From: Verrucomicrobiales bacterium
GTDB lineage: Bacteria; Verrucomicrobiota; Verrucomicrobiia; Verrucomicrobiales; V1-33
Reading direction: 5' to 3'
Assembly: GCA_031411295.1 (NCBI GenBank)
Contig: JANOAV010000091.1
Span: forward strand, 1 to 64,000
DNA length: 64,000 nucleotides
The translations under genes and the position numbers were made by a program. The notes under the pieces are model-generated. The model did not search any database. It was not told the DNA's origin and was given only the letters and a program-made list of their open reading frames with translations. Positions 46,708 to 56,503 of the stretch are shown here, piece after piece (within the stretch, counting starts at the first letter, position 1; each line of letters opens with the position of its first letter).

Positions 46708-47640
46708 ATGGCTGGATTTGGGATGCTCCATCCCCCACCAGAACTCACCCTGCCCACTGGCCAACGCGTTGGTTGGCGGGAATACGGCGTGCCCACGGGA
46801 TCACCGATTTTTTTCAACAACGGCTGGCCGGGTTGTTCGCTACAGGCGGTTTATCTGCATGAGTTGGCAGTGCGTCACGGCCTGCGCATTGTTTCGCCAG
46901 ATCGCCCGGGTTTCGGTCGTTCCAGTTCCCAGTCGGGCCGCAGTTTGCTGGACTGGCCTCCGTTAGTTGCCGCCATCGCAGATCGCTTGGGTATTGATCG
47001 GTTCGCCATCCTGGGGGTATCCGGCGGCGGGCCTTACGCCTTGGCTACGGCCTGGGCGTTGGGCTCTCGGGTGCAAGCAGTGTGCCTCTGCTGTGGAGCG
47101 GTGCCAACCCACACCCCTGAAGCTAGGAAAGGCCTGTTAAAGGCCTATCGATTCATGCTGGGGCTAAATGATATGGCCCCGTGGTCATTGCCTTGGTTGT
47201 TGCGCGTGGCGGCCATGGCCGCCCGTCTGCCGTTGCCATATCCCTTGTTGAAACTTTTCTTTCCCCTCCTGCTTCCAAAGCAGGACGCGGCCGCACTGTG
47301 TAACCGACACATCTTCGACCTATTTCTCCCGTCCTATCAAGGCGCGATGATTGCCGGGGGCGGAGCACTCTATCAGGATGGCTATCCCTACACCCAGCCA
47401 TGGCCCTTCCCGGTGGAAGAGATTAAAGCTCCCATAAGAATGTGGCACGGCACCGATGATGCGAACTTCCACATAGACCAAGCCCGGTTGCTGGCGGCTC
47501 GTCTTACCAACGGCACTTTCAATGAACGGAATGAAGGGCATTACTCTCTGCCGTTCAATTGCGCGGAGGAAATGGTAAAGGATTTGCTGGTTGCCACTGG
47601 TCGTGGTCCACTTACGTGCGCGTCTATGCGGACAGTGTGA
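46708..47640 (+). CDS. Alpha/beta fold hydrolase
   Basis: DRPGFGRS, nucleophile elbow GVSGGG, WHGTDD, EGH. Confidence 0.9.
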   Translation: MAGFGMLHPPPELTLPTGQRVGWREYGVPTGSPIFFNNGWPGCSLQAVYLHELAVRHGLRIVSPDRPGFGRSSSQSGRSLLDWPPLVAAIADRLGIDRFAILGVSGGGPYALATAWALGSRVQAVCLCCGAVPTHTPEARKGLLKAYRFMLGLNDMAPWSLPWLLRVAAMAARLPLPYPLLKLFFPLLLPKQDAAALCNRHIFDLFLPSYQGAMIAGGGALYQDGYPYTQPWPFPVEEIKAPIRMWHGTDDANFHIDQARLLAARLTNGTFNERNEGHYSLPFNCAEEMVKDLLVATGRGPLTCASMRTV

Positions 47641-48683
47641 CGACAGACCTCACTGTCTAGAATCCACGCACCCAACGGACCGAGCTCGTGGGCCGACTGC
47701 TGCGGGTCTTTGCAAATCGCTGGACGGAAATTGAGTCGGCGGGGGCGGGAGAAATCTGCGCCATCGCAGGCCTGCGCGAGTTTACCACCGGAGACACGTT
47801 GTGCCATCCACAACAACCTCTGATGTTGGAGCCTCCTGCATTTCCGGATCCCGTGGTCAGCATAGCGGTGGAAGCCATCAGCCGCGCTGAACAAACGCGA
47901 CTGGCGGAAGCCCTGGCGCGTGTGAGCGATGAAGACCCGACCTTCCGTGTCAGCACCCATCCTGAAACCGGACAATGTCTCATTTCCGGCATGGGGGAAC
48001 TGCACCTCGAAGTCGTGCGACGTAAACTGAAGGATGATCATCAAGTGGAAACACTGGTTGGTCCTCCGCAGATTGCCTATCGCGAGACGATCCGAGGCTC
48101 AGCAGCCGTCAGCCATTTACTGCGCAAGCAGAATGGTGGTCAGGGCATGTATGCCCGCGTGGATTTGGCGGTTGAGCCAACGCCACGCGGCAGTGGCGTG
48201 CAGATCCGGCAGGCAGTGGCGGGCGGGGCGATTCCAGTCCAGTTTCTCAATGCAGTGCATCGGGGAATTCAAGATAGTCTGCTCAACGGGCCGCTGGAAG
48301 GTGCTCCGGTGGTGGATCTGGCCATCATCATCACTGATGGTGACGCGCACGTGAAAGACTCCAACGAACAGGCGTTCCGCCTGGCCGTAGCAGAAGCCAT
48401 GCGGGAGGCGTTGGCCTCCGCGCAGCCCGTGCTGCTGGAGCCGATCATGACGCTGGAGTGTTCCACCCCAGAGGCACATCAAGGCGACATCATAGGCGGT
48501 CTGAACCAACGGCGGGCGCGCATCACCGCGCTCCATTCCGATGGTCATCTAGCCGTGGTGGCGGCGGAAGTGCCGTTGGCCGAAATGTTCGGCTATGCCG
48601 GTGCCATCCGCAGCCTCTCCAAAGGCCGCGCGTCCTATAGCATGACTCCGTCCTGCTACCGGGCCGTTGCGCAGGTGCCGTAA
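47602..48683 (+). pseudogene. fusA: Truncated elongation factor G paralog (domains II-V only)
   Basis: EDPTFRV..ETGQCLISGMGELHLEV, PQIAYRETI, PVLLEPIM, VPLAEMFGY..RSLSKGRA. Upstream in frame TYVRVY...TV*NPRT (TAG 47658-47660). No G-domain present. Confidence 0.85.
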
Positions 48684-48737
48684 AACAAAACTAAATGGCG
48701 GGAATTGGGGCAACCCCAGGTCCCGCCAGTTTTGTTT
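48683..48737. terminator. Intrinsic, likely bidirectional, terminator
   Basis: AAACAAAAC..TGGCGGGA..TGGGG-CAA-CCCCA..TCCCGCCA-GTTTTGTTT between convergent genes. Confidence 0.75.
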
Positions 48738-48799
48738 GCTAGACCGATCCATGGGTAGGAGGCCTGGCTTAGATCGGGCTGGCTTCCCCCACCCCATGG

Positions 48800-49144
48800 C
48801 TACTTCCCACGTTCCATGGCGGTTCCAGGGAAATGCTCCACGCCCCAATGGGCGACGCTGAGCACCACGGGCTTGAGCGACTGCCCCCGGGGAGTAAGTT
48901 GATAGCACATCCGGCGTTTATCATTCGCTGCGGGCTTGCGGGTTACAATGCCGGTCTGGGTGAGCCATGCCAAGCGGGCACTCAGGATATTCGTGGCGAT
49001 TTTCTCCGGGGCGGTCAGAAACTCATCGAAGTATTGCTTCCCGCAGAATAAGTCACGGATCACCAGCAGCGACCAACGGTCGCCCAGCAAATCAAGAGTG
49101 CAGGCAATGGGACAAGTGGAACGCCACTGGGATTTTGGAATCAT
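48800..49144 (-). CDS. HxlR/DUF24 family winged-helix transcriptional regulator
   Basis: CPIACTLDLLGDRWSLLVIRDL...IATNILSARL...YQLTPRG. Confidence 0.92.
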   Translation of the reverse strand: MIPKSQWRSTCPIACTLDLLGDRWSLLVIRDLFCGKQYFDEFLTAPEKIATNILSARLAWLTQTGIVTRKPAANDKRRMCYQLTPRGQSLKPVVLSVAHWGVEHFPGTAMERGK

Positions 49145-49155
49145 CTGGAATTATT

Positions 49156-49212
49156 ACTTGCGTTTTGCAAGTTTGTCCATCATGAATTGGCTATCACTTG
49201 CGTTCTGCAAGC
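49156..49212. promoter_or_regulatory. Two palindromic operators in the divergent hxlR/dinB promoter
   Basis: ACTTGC-GTTTT-GCAAGT (49156-49172) and ACTTGC-GTTCT-GCAAGC (49196-49212), 40 bp apart. Confidence 0.75.
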
Positions 49213-49240
49213 CAATTAAACACCCTCCTCTTCCAAACAT

Positions 49241-49843
49241 ATGAGCGAAATTCCAGCATCCCCTCCCCAGCCCGTCCTTGCGCCACCCGGAGCGGGACTG
49301 CCCTTGCCAGCTCGTTGGATCGTGCGACTGCTGGGGCGTCGCCTCTTGCGAGCCAAATACACGGTCGATGAGGCGTTGACAGATGTTGAGCGAACTGCGG
49401 CAGATCTGCTGCAACGAGCTTCCGTCCTGAGTGACACGGAATTTAACACCCGAGTGTTGGTTCCCCGCCTCCGGGGCTTGGAAGACAGTTCGCGCTTTTG
49501 GTCGCCCGGAATGGTCTTGGAGCATTTATGCATCACCAGTTCAGCCATGATGAAGCTTGCCGTTGGATTATCCCATGGCCAGACGATTGATGACGTCGTC
49601 AGCACGGCATCCGTGAAACCAACTGGAAATCTGGGGAGAGCGGTCGTGGATGATTTCGAAGCCATTCACTTTGGCGTGGGAGATCGCGTGCGCACAGCCC
49701 TCGGCAAGGAAATGAACACACTAACGCATCGGCACCCGTGGTTCGGCCCCTTGACGGCAAGCGACTGGCTGCGCCTCCTGGCCGGGCATGCGAGGATCCA
49801 TCAGCGGCAATTACACCACATTTTGCAGCATCGCCAGCCGTGA
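49241..49843 (+). CDS. DinB/YfiT-like family protein
   Basis: WSPGMVLEHL, HPWFGPLT..W...GHARIHQRQL His triad. Confidence 0.85.
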   Translation: MSEIPASPPQPVLAPPGAGLPLPARWIVRLLGRRLLRAKYTVDEALTDVERTAADLLQRASVLSDTEFNTRVLVPRLRGLEDSSRFWSPGMVLEHLCITSSAMMKLAVGLSHGQTIDDVVSTASVKPTGNLGRAVVDDFEAIHFGVGDRVRTALGKEMNTLTHRHPWFGPLTASDWLRLLAGHARIHQRQLHHILQHRQP

Positions 49844-49874
49844 TGCTGGCGGCATTGGAATGTCACGCTACGGG

Positions 49875-51284
49875 CTAGTATTCCCGATCTTTCTTAATAC
49901 CGGGCTCCGGCACTGGATAGTAGCCGTTAGCGTCGGCCACTACGGGTGCGGGGCCATCTGGCGTCATTTTGTCAGCGTCTGGCGCATACTCGATAGGGCT
50001 GTTTTGATAGTCCGCCAGCTTGATTTCCTGACCGGTATGAGCGGCCACGCGGCCCATGCTGGTAACCAGGCTTGCCATCACGCCACGTTCCACTTCATTG
50101 TGCTCTTTGTTCTTCACGATGGACTCAATGAGGTCGTCCCATTCCATTTGATAGGGGTTTGGCTCTTCGTCTTCCGTCCATTGCCAGATTCGGTCTTCCT
50201 TGCTGATCTTCTGGCCTTTAAAGGTCTGGCAACGACCTGGTGAGTGGCCTGCCATACTGATAACGGCCGAGCCTTTGGATCCGTGCGCGAAGCTGTGAAA
50301 ATCTTGTTTGCACCCGGGCATGATACGGCTGTTCCAGAAAAGCACCGCTCCATCGGCAAAGGTATATTCGCAGGCATAGGTATCGAAATTCTGATCGACG
50401 TAATCTTTGCCGTCCGGAGATTTCCGGTAATGGCGCCCGCCGATGGCATTGACCTTCACTGGCCAGGCATCCTTCATCCAACAGCACTCGTCGATTTGGT
50501 GAATGTTAAAATCGCTGAACAAGCCACCGCTGGCCCAGATGAAACTATGGAAACGATCGATCTGATACATCAACTCAGGTTTGCCATCTGGTGGGTTCAT
50601 TTCCTTGTTCTTCATGGAGAAAGCGGAAGCTACGGGCGGATGCATCCGATAAGCCCGCATCGCGTGGATCTCACCGATTTCACCGTCGCGAATCCGCTGG
50701 TGCAACGCCTGACGCACCCGGCAGTGGCGAATCATCAAGCCCACCCCGACCTTCAGATTCTTTTTCTTGGCTTCCTCATTGATCGCCAGCATTCGCTTGG
50801 AGGTTGGAGCATCCGCCGTGAGCGGCTTCTCCATGAAGCAATGCACGCCTTTCTCTACTGCATACTTAAAATGCACCCAGCGGAAGGCCAATGGCGTGGC
50901 GAAGATCGCCACATCACCAGCCTTGAGGCAATCGATGGCCTTCTTATAACCATCGAAACCAATGAACTGGCGTTCGTCTGGAACATCCACTTTGCCGGGC
51001 TCACTGGCGAATTGGTTTTTCAGCGCAGAGTGGCTGCCTTGGAGCTTCGCTGGAAATACATCAGCCATCGCTACTAACTTCGTCGGCACCAACTTGGTGC
51101 TGAGTGCATCCTTCGCTGCGCCTGATCCCCGGCCACCACATCCAATCAGGGCGACGTTGATGGTGTTATTTTCCTGCGCGTGCACAAAAGGCACCGTCAA
51201 TCCTGCGAAGGCGGAGGCGGTGGTGGTGCGGAGAAAATGACGACGACTGGGGAGAGCAGTAATAATGGGATCGTGCGGCTGCAT
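49875..51284 (-). CDS. Gfo/Idh/MocA family oxidoreductase, Tat-exported
   Basis: SRRHFL signal, IGCGGRGSGA, FMEKPL. Confidence 0.92.
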   Translation of the reverse strand: MQPHDPIITALPSRRHFLRTTTASAFAGLTVPFVHAQENNTINVALIGCGGRGSGAAKDALSTKLVPTKLVAMADVFPAKLQGSHSALKNQFASEPGKVDVPDERQFIGFDGYKKAIDCLKAGDVAIFATPLAFRWVHFKYAVEKGVHCFMEKPLTADAPTSKRMLAINEEAKKKNLKVGVGLMIRHCRVRQALHQRIRDGEIGEIHAMRAYRMHPPVASAFSMKNKEMNPPDGKPELMYQIDRFHSFIWASGGLFSDFNIHQIDECCWMKDAWPVKVNAIGGRHYRKSPDGKDYVDQNFDTYACEYTFADGAVLFWNSRIMPGCKQDFHSFAHGSKGSAVISMAGHSPGRCQTFKGQKISKEDRIWQWTEDEEPNPYQMEWDDLIESIVKNKEHNEVERGVMASLVTSMGRVAAHTGQEIKLADYQNSPIEYAPDADKMTPDGPAPVVADANGYYPVPEPGIKKDREY

Positions 51285-51402
51285 GGGGATGGATTGGCTA
51301 TAAGAGATAATTTAGTAACAACAGACCTGCAATATGGCCAGTCCGGGACCCGCGTCCACTCCGTGAATCGGTAGGTGGTGCAGAACTGCTGCGCGGAAAG
51401 CT

Positions 51403-54400
51403 TCACGGCTTGGTGACATCCACCCGATAAAATTTCCTCGGCCCTGCCGGATTCAGATCCGCGAGCACGAGCAATCCGCCAGTCCCCGCTGCATTCACCA
51501 CCCCGGCATCGTCTTCGCTATTCCATTGCGTTAGGTTCGTGCTACTTTTGAGCGTGTAGGTTCTACCGCTTACCGTCGGGACGGTGAACTGGTATCCGCC
51601 ACCACTCAGGTTCACCACGCTAACCACGGAAAATTTCGAGGTCGCGCTCAGCGGATTCGTGCCTGCGGTATCTTCATCGATGTTGCTGACACCGTCTCCA
51701 TCGTAGTCGCCACTGGATGTGAGTCGATAAACCGACAGCTGTGGACTACTGGCGCTGAAGATGCCATCCAGGCTCCGGCTCTGCACCGAGATCTGCGCCA
51801 GCGACCCGTCCGGCGGTTGATAGCCAGTGGAGTCGAAGGTGGCTTGCAGCACTCCCGTGGCCGTAGTCCGCAGTTGCGTTGTGGGCACGATCAAGCCAAT
51901 CGCAGTAGCGGTATATCCACCGATGCCCACTTCCGCATCCGTTACTGCATTCCAATAAACCGTGAGGGTAGGTCCGATCCAATAGGGAAATGCCGTGGCG
52001 AGAAAGGGCGTTAGCGGGGCGGTCGGCGGGGCGGTGTCCGTGAGTTTCAAATACTGCGCTTCATAGGGAGCCGTGGCCCAGGCCGCATTGGTGGTTGGGA
52101 CCTTGGGCATGAACGTCGTTAGCCCCGCATTCAGCAAACTATCCCCAGTGACGATCGTAAAATTCGTATTCACCCGATTCGCATCCACTCCCGTATAAGA
52201 CGCGATATTACGCAGCCGATAAGTCCTCCCACGCTTGATGCCAAAATCATTCTGGCCGTCTGCATCGGTATCCACATTGAGGTTGAAGCCGTTGGAGCCA
52301 CTCGCGGATTGATCATTATTTCGATCCAAGTTGACCAAGGCAAACACGGTATCGCTGAAGTTGGGCTTCCCATTGCGATTCTCGAATTTAGCTGTCGCAA
52401 AGATCCGCTGGTGAGGATTGCCATCCTTGAGATTGAGGAAGTAACGATTCGATGACCGCAGCGCAGCGCTGCTGGCGCGGGCTTTGCCGATGCCTGCCAG
52501 CACGGGGTAGAGTTGATCCAACCCATAATCCGCATTGGTCCAGAGCGGCATGTAGGAATTCCACGTTTTGAAATGGGGGATGAATTTCCCCAGGTTCTTC
52601 TCCCACAGATCCACCCCATACAGCGTGGACATCCCCATTTCCTGACCAGCCAACACCATCGGCACTCCGTCCTGGCTACCGCAGACGGCATAGCGAATCG
52701 CTGGCTCCCAAGGATCGGCGTAATTGTCTTCATCGTGAGAGCAAGTATTCAGCAGCACCATCCCTTGACCGTAGGTGGACCGGCGGTCTTCGAAGAGCGT
52801 TCTGAAACTGGTCGTCATGCTATTGCTGCCAACGCTCAGCGATTTCATCCCAAAGAGAATGTTTTCATTCATGACATCGAAATGGCGACTGGACCGACGG
52901 CTCACCTCGCCTCCATCCAAACTTTCCGCCATGAAGACAAATGCCCATTTCCGTGCGCGGGATTTATTGATGATGTATTCCCATGCTTGCGGCGGGAGCC
53001 CCTGGGCGAAGTCCGCCCGCAGGCCATCCAAGCCCTTCCAGACCTGATCCGCCGCCGAGGTGCCGACCGTGCATCCCGTCTGGTCCAACCAATAGAGACA
53101 ATAGTCCGCAAAATACCGCCACACGTTCTGCGTAGTGGCATCGAAGTGACCATTGCCATCACCACTGAAACTCTCGTTTCCTACCGACGTGTCGAACCAG
53201 TCGCCCTCGTTGAGCTTGTTGCCATTGTCTGCCGGATTCGTTAGCACCAGCGAGGCATAGCGGCCGAAATAGACTTCGTAGGCATCAAGGAACTTCGAGA
53301 AATCACCCCGGTCCGGTGCTGGCGCAATGTTTCCCGATCCCGATGCCCGCAGGCCGTAATTTCCTGAGCGGGAAAAGAAGCGGGCTTCCCGATTGCGCAT
53401 TTCATCCAGGGGCGATGCCGCAGCGGAAAAATAAGTCACCCCCTTGGCCCCCAGTTCGCAATCCCAGGCGGTGTGATTGAAGGGCGCATCCAGCATGACA
53501 TTCATGGTGTTCACTCCACCTGCATCCGCCGCCGCCATGAAGTCCTTGAACTCCTGCAGGGCCGTTGCCCGGGTATTGGCTTTGCTCAGGCGGGGTTCCA
53601 CCTCGAAGAAATTTTTCACTGCATATGGACTGCCTAATGCATAAGGGAAATTCACATCATCATACGGTGCCCCATTGTTCCAGAGCTTGGTCGTCACTCC
53701 GGCTCCTGGTTGCCGGGTATTGATATCGGCCGCACTGAGGTGCCGACCCGCCACTCCCAGCGGATGGATCGGCTGGAACCAGAGCCAATTCACGCCCAAG
53801 CCCTTGGCGTAATTGAGATTCCACCGGGGAGTGCGGGTGGCCCCAGGTCCGTCCCACAGATCCACGAACGTGCTCCGCTGGGCCTCCGTGGCTCCTTCGG
53901 CCTCCATGTTCAACGCATTGAGTTCGTAAATCGACATCGCGCGGGAAATTTTCGGGGACACCACGATGGCATAATCCCGCTTCTGATAGCCGCCGCTGCT
54001 TTCCGCGCTATACCATCGCCACGTGCCGGCCACATCTGCCGTGAGTCGCCAGCGCACCGTGAGCCGATAGACCCCGGTCTTGCTGGCACTGAGCGTCGTT
54101 TGATAGCCTCCGCTAACCGAAGCCATCCCGTAAGGTTTGAAATAGTGGGCATCGCTTCCGCTGGGAATGTTGTTTCCATTCGGCAGCTTAATCCCGTCCT
54201 CCACCCCATCCGCATCCACATCGACTCCCGCCCGCTCCCGCCGATTCAGATTCGTGAAGACCTCACATTTATCCACCCCCAACGTCTGTGGGTCAAAGAA
54301 GACGGTAATCGGCACCGCATCGCCCGCCAGCTCATCCACATACACATGCGTCGCCCCATAATTCCCATCTTCCTCGCTGCCGGTGAGGCGCGTGCTGGAG

Positions 54401-54486
54401 TTTGGGGAAATCTTCAAATTGGACGCTGTGGCCGTGGCCAGCAGCACCCAAGACACAAGTGGAATGAAACAACGCGGGGGGGACAT
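51403..54486 (-). CDS. Secreted GH13 (alpha-amylase clan) glycoside hydrolase with FN3-like, Ca-binding D-x-D-G-D and F[YF]R[LV] tail domains
   Basis: GH13 regions: MLDAPFNHT, GLDGLRADFAQG, FMAESL, SHDED. Also GDYDGDGVSNIDEDTAGTNP; ends RKFYRVDVTKP. Start ATG 54486. Confidence 0.8.
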   Translation of the reverse strand: MSPPRCFIPLVSWVLLATATASNLKISPNSSTRLTGSEEDGNYGATHVYVDELAGDAVPITVFFDPQTLGVDKCEVFTNLNRRERAGVDVDADGVEDGIKLPNGNNIPSGSDAHYFKPYGMASVSGGYQTTLSASKTGVYRLTVRWRLTADVAGTWRWYSAESSGGYQKRDYAIVVSPKISRAMSIYELNALNMEAEGATEAQRSTFVDLWDGPGATRTPRWNLNYAKGLGVNWLWFQPIHPLGVAGRHLSAADINTRQPGAGVTTKLWNNGAPYDDVNFPYALGSPYAVKNFFEVEPRLSKANTRATALQEFKDFMAAADAGGVNTMNVMLDAPFNHTAWDCELGAKGVTYFSAAASPLDEMRNREARFFSRSGNYGLRASGSGNIAPAPDRGDFSKFLDAYEVYFGRYASLVLTNPADNGNKLNEGDWFDTSVGNESFSGDGNGHFDATTQNVWRYFADYCLYWLDQTGCTVGTSAADQVWKGLDGLRADFAQGLPPQAWEYIINKSRARKWAFVFMAESLDGGEVSRRSSRHFDVMNENILFGMKSLSVGSNSMTTSFRTLFEDRRSTYGQGMVLLNTCSHDEDNYADPWEPAIRYAVCGSQDGVPMVLAGQEMGMSTLYGVDLWEKNLGKFIPHFKTWNSYMPLWTNADYGLDQLYPVLAGIGKARASSAALRSSNRYFLNLKDGNPHQRIFATAKFENRNGKPNFSDTVFALVNLDRNNDQSASGSNGFNLNVDTDADGQNDFGIKRGRTYRLRNIASYTGVDANRVNTNFTIVTGDSLLNAGLTTFMPKVPTTNAAWATAPYEAQYLKLTDTAPPTAPLTPFLATAFPYWIGPTLTVYWNAVTDAEVGIGGYTATAIGLIVPTTQLRTTATGVLQATFDSTGYQPPDGSLAQISVQSRSLDGIFSASSPQLSVYRLTSSGDYDGDGVSNIDEDTAGTNPLSATSKFSVVSVVNLSGGGYQFTVPTVSGRTYTLKSSTNLTQWNSEDDAGVVNAAGTGGLLVLADLNPAGPRKFYRVDVTKP

Positions 54487-54552
54487 GAGCAGGGAGGGAT
54501 TAGTCTGCCCATCTGTATCAGATTGCTCACGCCCCCACAAGCTTAATACGAT

Positions 54553-55413
54553 TCATCTAGTCCTGTGTTGAAATTTCACGCTGCCCCAAGCAAGTCCTGC
54601 GAGCACAAGCCCCCAAATTCCAAGCCAGAGAATCCACCCCAGAACCTGACCGCCTGCTGATTCTTTTGGTAACAGAGGATTCCTTTGCGGAACTTCGCCA
54701 GTGGCCCGCATGGCCTCGGGATCTAACTTATAGGCAGCAAGTTGCTTCTCAACAAATTGATAAAAGTATAAGCTCACCGCGTCCCTCTCGACTCTGCCTT
54801 GTGCCGTCAGTGAACCAACAGTGTGGGCATGTTGCTGGACCCATTGATCTAGCAGTCCAACCACCGAGGTATCTCCTAATTGGAAAATTCTCCGCAACGC
54901 CGTTGACTCTTCCGAGGAAAGCATTTGTATGAGTGTAGGAATCTCTGCCTTAGTGGCGAACTTGGTATAACACTCCACAGCAAACCCTTGCTCAAGTTTA
55001 TCCTGATCACGCAGTTGGTTCCAGTAATCGAGAAATATCTCCCTAGCTACTTGGTGGTGCTCCGGCATTGACTCGAAGGCCAGCCTAATAAACAGCACCG
55101 TCTTACGACTATCAGAACCATCCTTAGCAAACGAGGCAAGCAGTTTACGATATGCAGGAAAGGCCGCCGAGCCCAAAGCTACTAGTTTCTTGGTTGGCCC
55201 CTCTGCCCAGCGTCTAGCCTCCTGAGACACCCATTCCCTGTAGGCTGCATGATTTTTAAGATTCATGGGAACATCAGATGGCTCCCTAGTAAATCCGAAC
55301 TCGGGGATTATAGACAAGACAGTGTTCGTATCGGTTTCTTTAGTAGGCGAGAAATCCTGTGACGCCAGCGTCATTGGCATACCAAACACAAGAAAAAAAC
55401 AGAGCAAGTTCAT
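54553..55413 (-). CDS. Hypothetical protein with signal peptide and C-terminal TM anchor (paralog 1)
   Basis: Shares PTKxLxxxGSAAFPAYRKLLAxFAxD, KFATK, RRIxQLGD and QFVEK with the next gene; hydrophobic C-terminus. Confidence 0.7.
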   Translation of the reverse strand: MNLLCFFLVFGMPMTLASQDFSPTKETDTNTVLSIIPEFGFTREPSDVPMNLKNHAAYREWVSQEARRWAEGPTKKLVALGSAAFPAYRKLLASFAKDGSDSRKTVLFIRLAFESMPEHHQVAREIFLDYWNQLRDQDKLEQGFAVECYTKFATKAEIPTLIQMLSSEESTALRRIFQLGDTSVVGLLDQWVQQHAHTVGSLTAQGRVERDAVSLYFYQFVEKQLAAYKLDPEAMRATGEVPQRNPLLPKESAGGQVLGWILWLGIWGLVLAGLAWGSVKFQHRTR

Positions 55414-55448
55414 CACCTTAGGGGGATTTACCACGTTGGACACCTCAG

Positions 55449-56486
55449 TCAATCCGTTTTGTCATCTGCATCGTGTCCCCGCCGGACGATCCTTAACCAG
55501 ACGCCCCCCGCGGCTAGGAGCACTATCAGGACGACCATGCCGCACCACCAATAACGCATTTCACCACCAAGGATTCGGGATAACCAGCCACCCGTGGACG
55601 CCGACAGTGTCACGGGTATTTCAGCGTTGCTCCCGAGTGCAGCACGTGCAAGGTGACCAGTAATTTCCTTTTCCACAAATTGCAGATAGCGCAATGAGAG
55701 GGAGCTGGCAGAGAGCGCTCCACTCCGTTTGATCCGCTCCAGCTCAGTTGTGCGGTTTTGTTCCAACCAATTTTCAAGTTGTGCCACGTGAGAATCGTCC
55801 CCCAGTTGTAAAATCCGTCGAACTACCTCCACCTCCTGGGTGTCAAGCAATTGCATCAGTCGGGGAATATCTAATTTGGTCGCAAATTTGCAAAAATAAT
55901 TGAGGGCGGCTACTTGGTCATTTTTTTCACGACCTTTGATACTGCTCAAGTATTCAAAAAGCATATTTTTTCCGTCCTCCTGATGTTCGGGCATCAGTTC
56001 AAAGGCTCGCCCGATAAAGTCCACCTCTTTGTAGTGCGGGAAAGCATCTGTCGCGAAGGTAGCTAGAAGTTTGCGATACGCCGGAAAAGCAGCACTGCCC
56101 ATCTCTGCAAGCCTCTTGGTCGGGCTTTCGAAGTATTTAATGGATGCAGCTTCCCATTTCTTTCGGTAGCCGATTTCAGCTAGCGAACCAGGCTCTGGAC
56201 GTCCCATATCATCGTTCACAAAGTCAAACCTTGGAATTATTGTCATAATTTCCTCGCTCGTCACTTCGTTCGCGGCTTTGAAGTCTGAATGCCCGTGTTT
56301 TCCGTTCAGTTCTTTTTCAGGCAACCGCAACCTCGCAACATCATAATGGTCATTGTTTATTGCTTCCCGTGCCTCTGGCGAAACCTGCACATCGGCACCT
56401 ATCAGTGTATGTTTCGCCATGTTACAGGCCGCTATACAAAGGCACAGCAGAAAGCGCCAAAAAGATATTTTTGAACATTTGTTCAT
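55449..56486 (-). CDS. Hypothetical protein with signal peptide and C-terminal TM anchor (paralog 2)
   Basis: Same shared motifs; start ATG 56486; TM segment followed by RIVRR. Confidence 0.7.
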   Translation of the reverse strand: MNKCSKISFWRFLLCLCIAACNMAKHTLIGADVQVSPEAREAINNDHYDVARLRLPEKELNGKHGHSDFKAANEVTSEEIMTIIPRFDFVNDDMGRPEPGSLAEIGYRKKWEAASIKYFESPTKRLAEMGSAAFPAYRKLLATFATDAFPHYKEVDFIGRAFELMPEHQEDGKNMLFEYLSSIKGREKNDQVAALNYFCKFATKLDIPRLMQLLDTQEVEVVRRILQLGDDSHVAQLENWLEQNRTTELERIKRSGALSASSLSLRYLQFVEKEITGHLARAALGSNAEIPVTLSASTGGWLSRILGGEMRYWWCGMVVLIVLLAAGGVWLRIVRRGHDADDKTD

Positions 56487-56503
56487 GGCCCGTCGAGGCG
56501 GCC

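Noticed and set aside
47658..47660. Programmed readthrough or pyrrolysine at the EF-G TAG
   Set aside because: It is accompanied by a frameshift and loss of the G-domain, and no pyl genes are present; decay is the simpler explanation.
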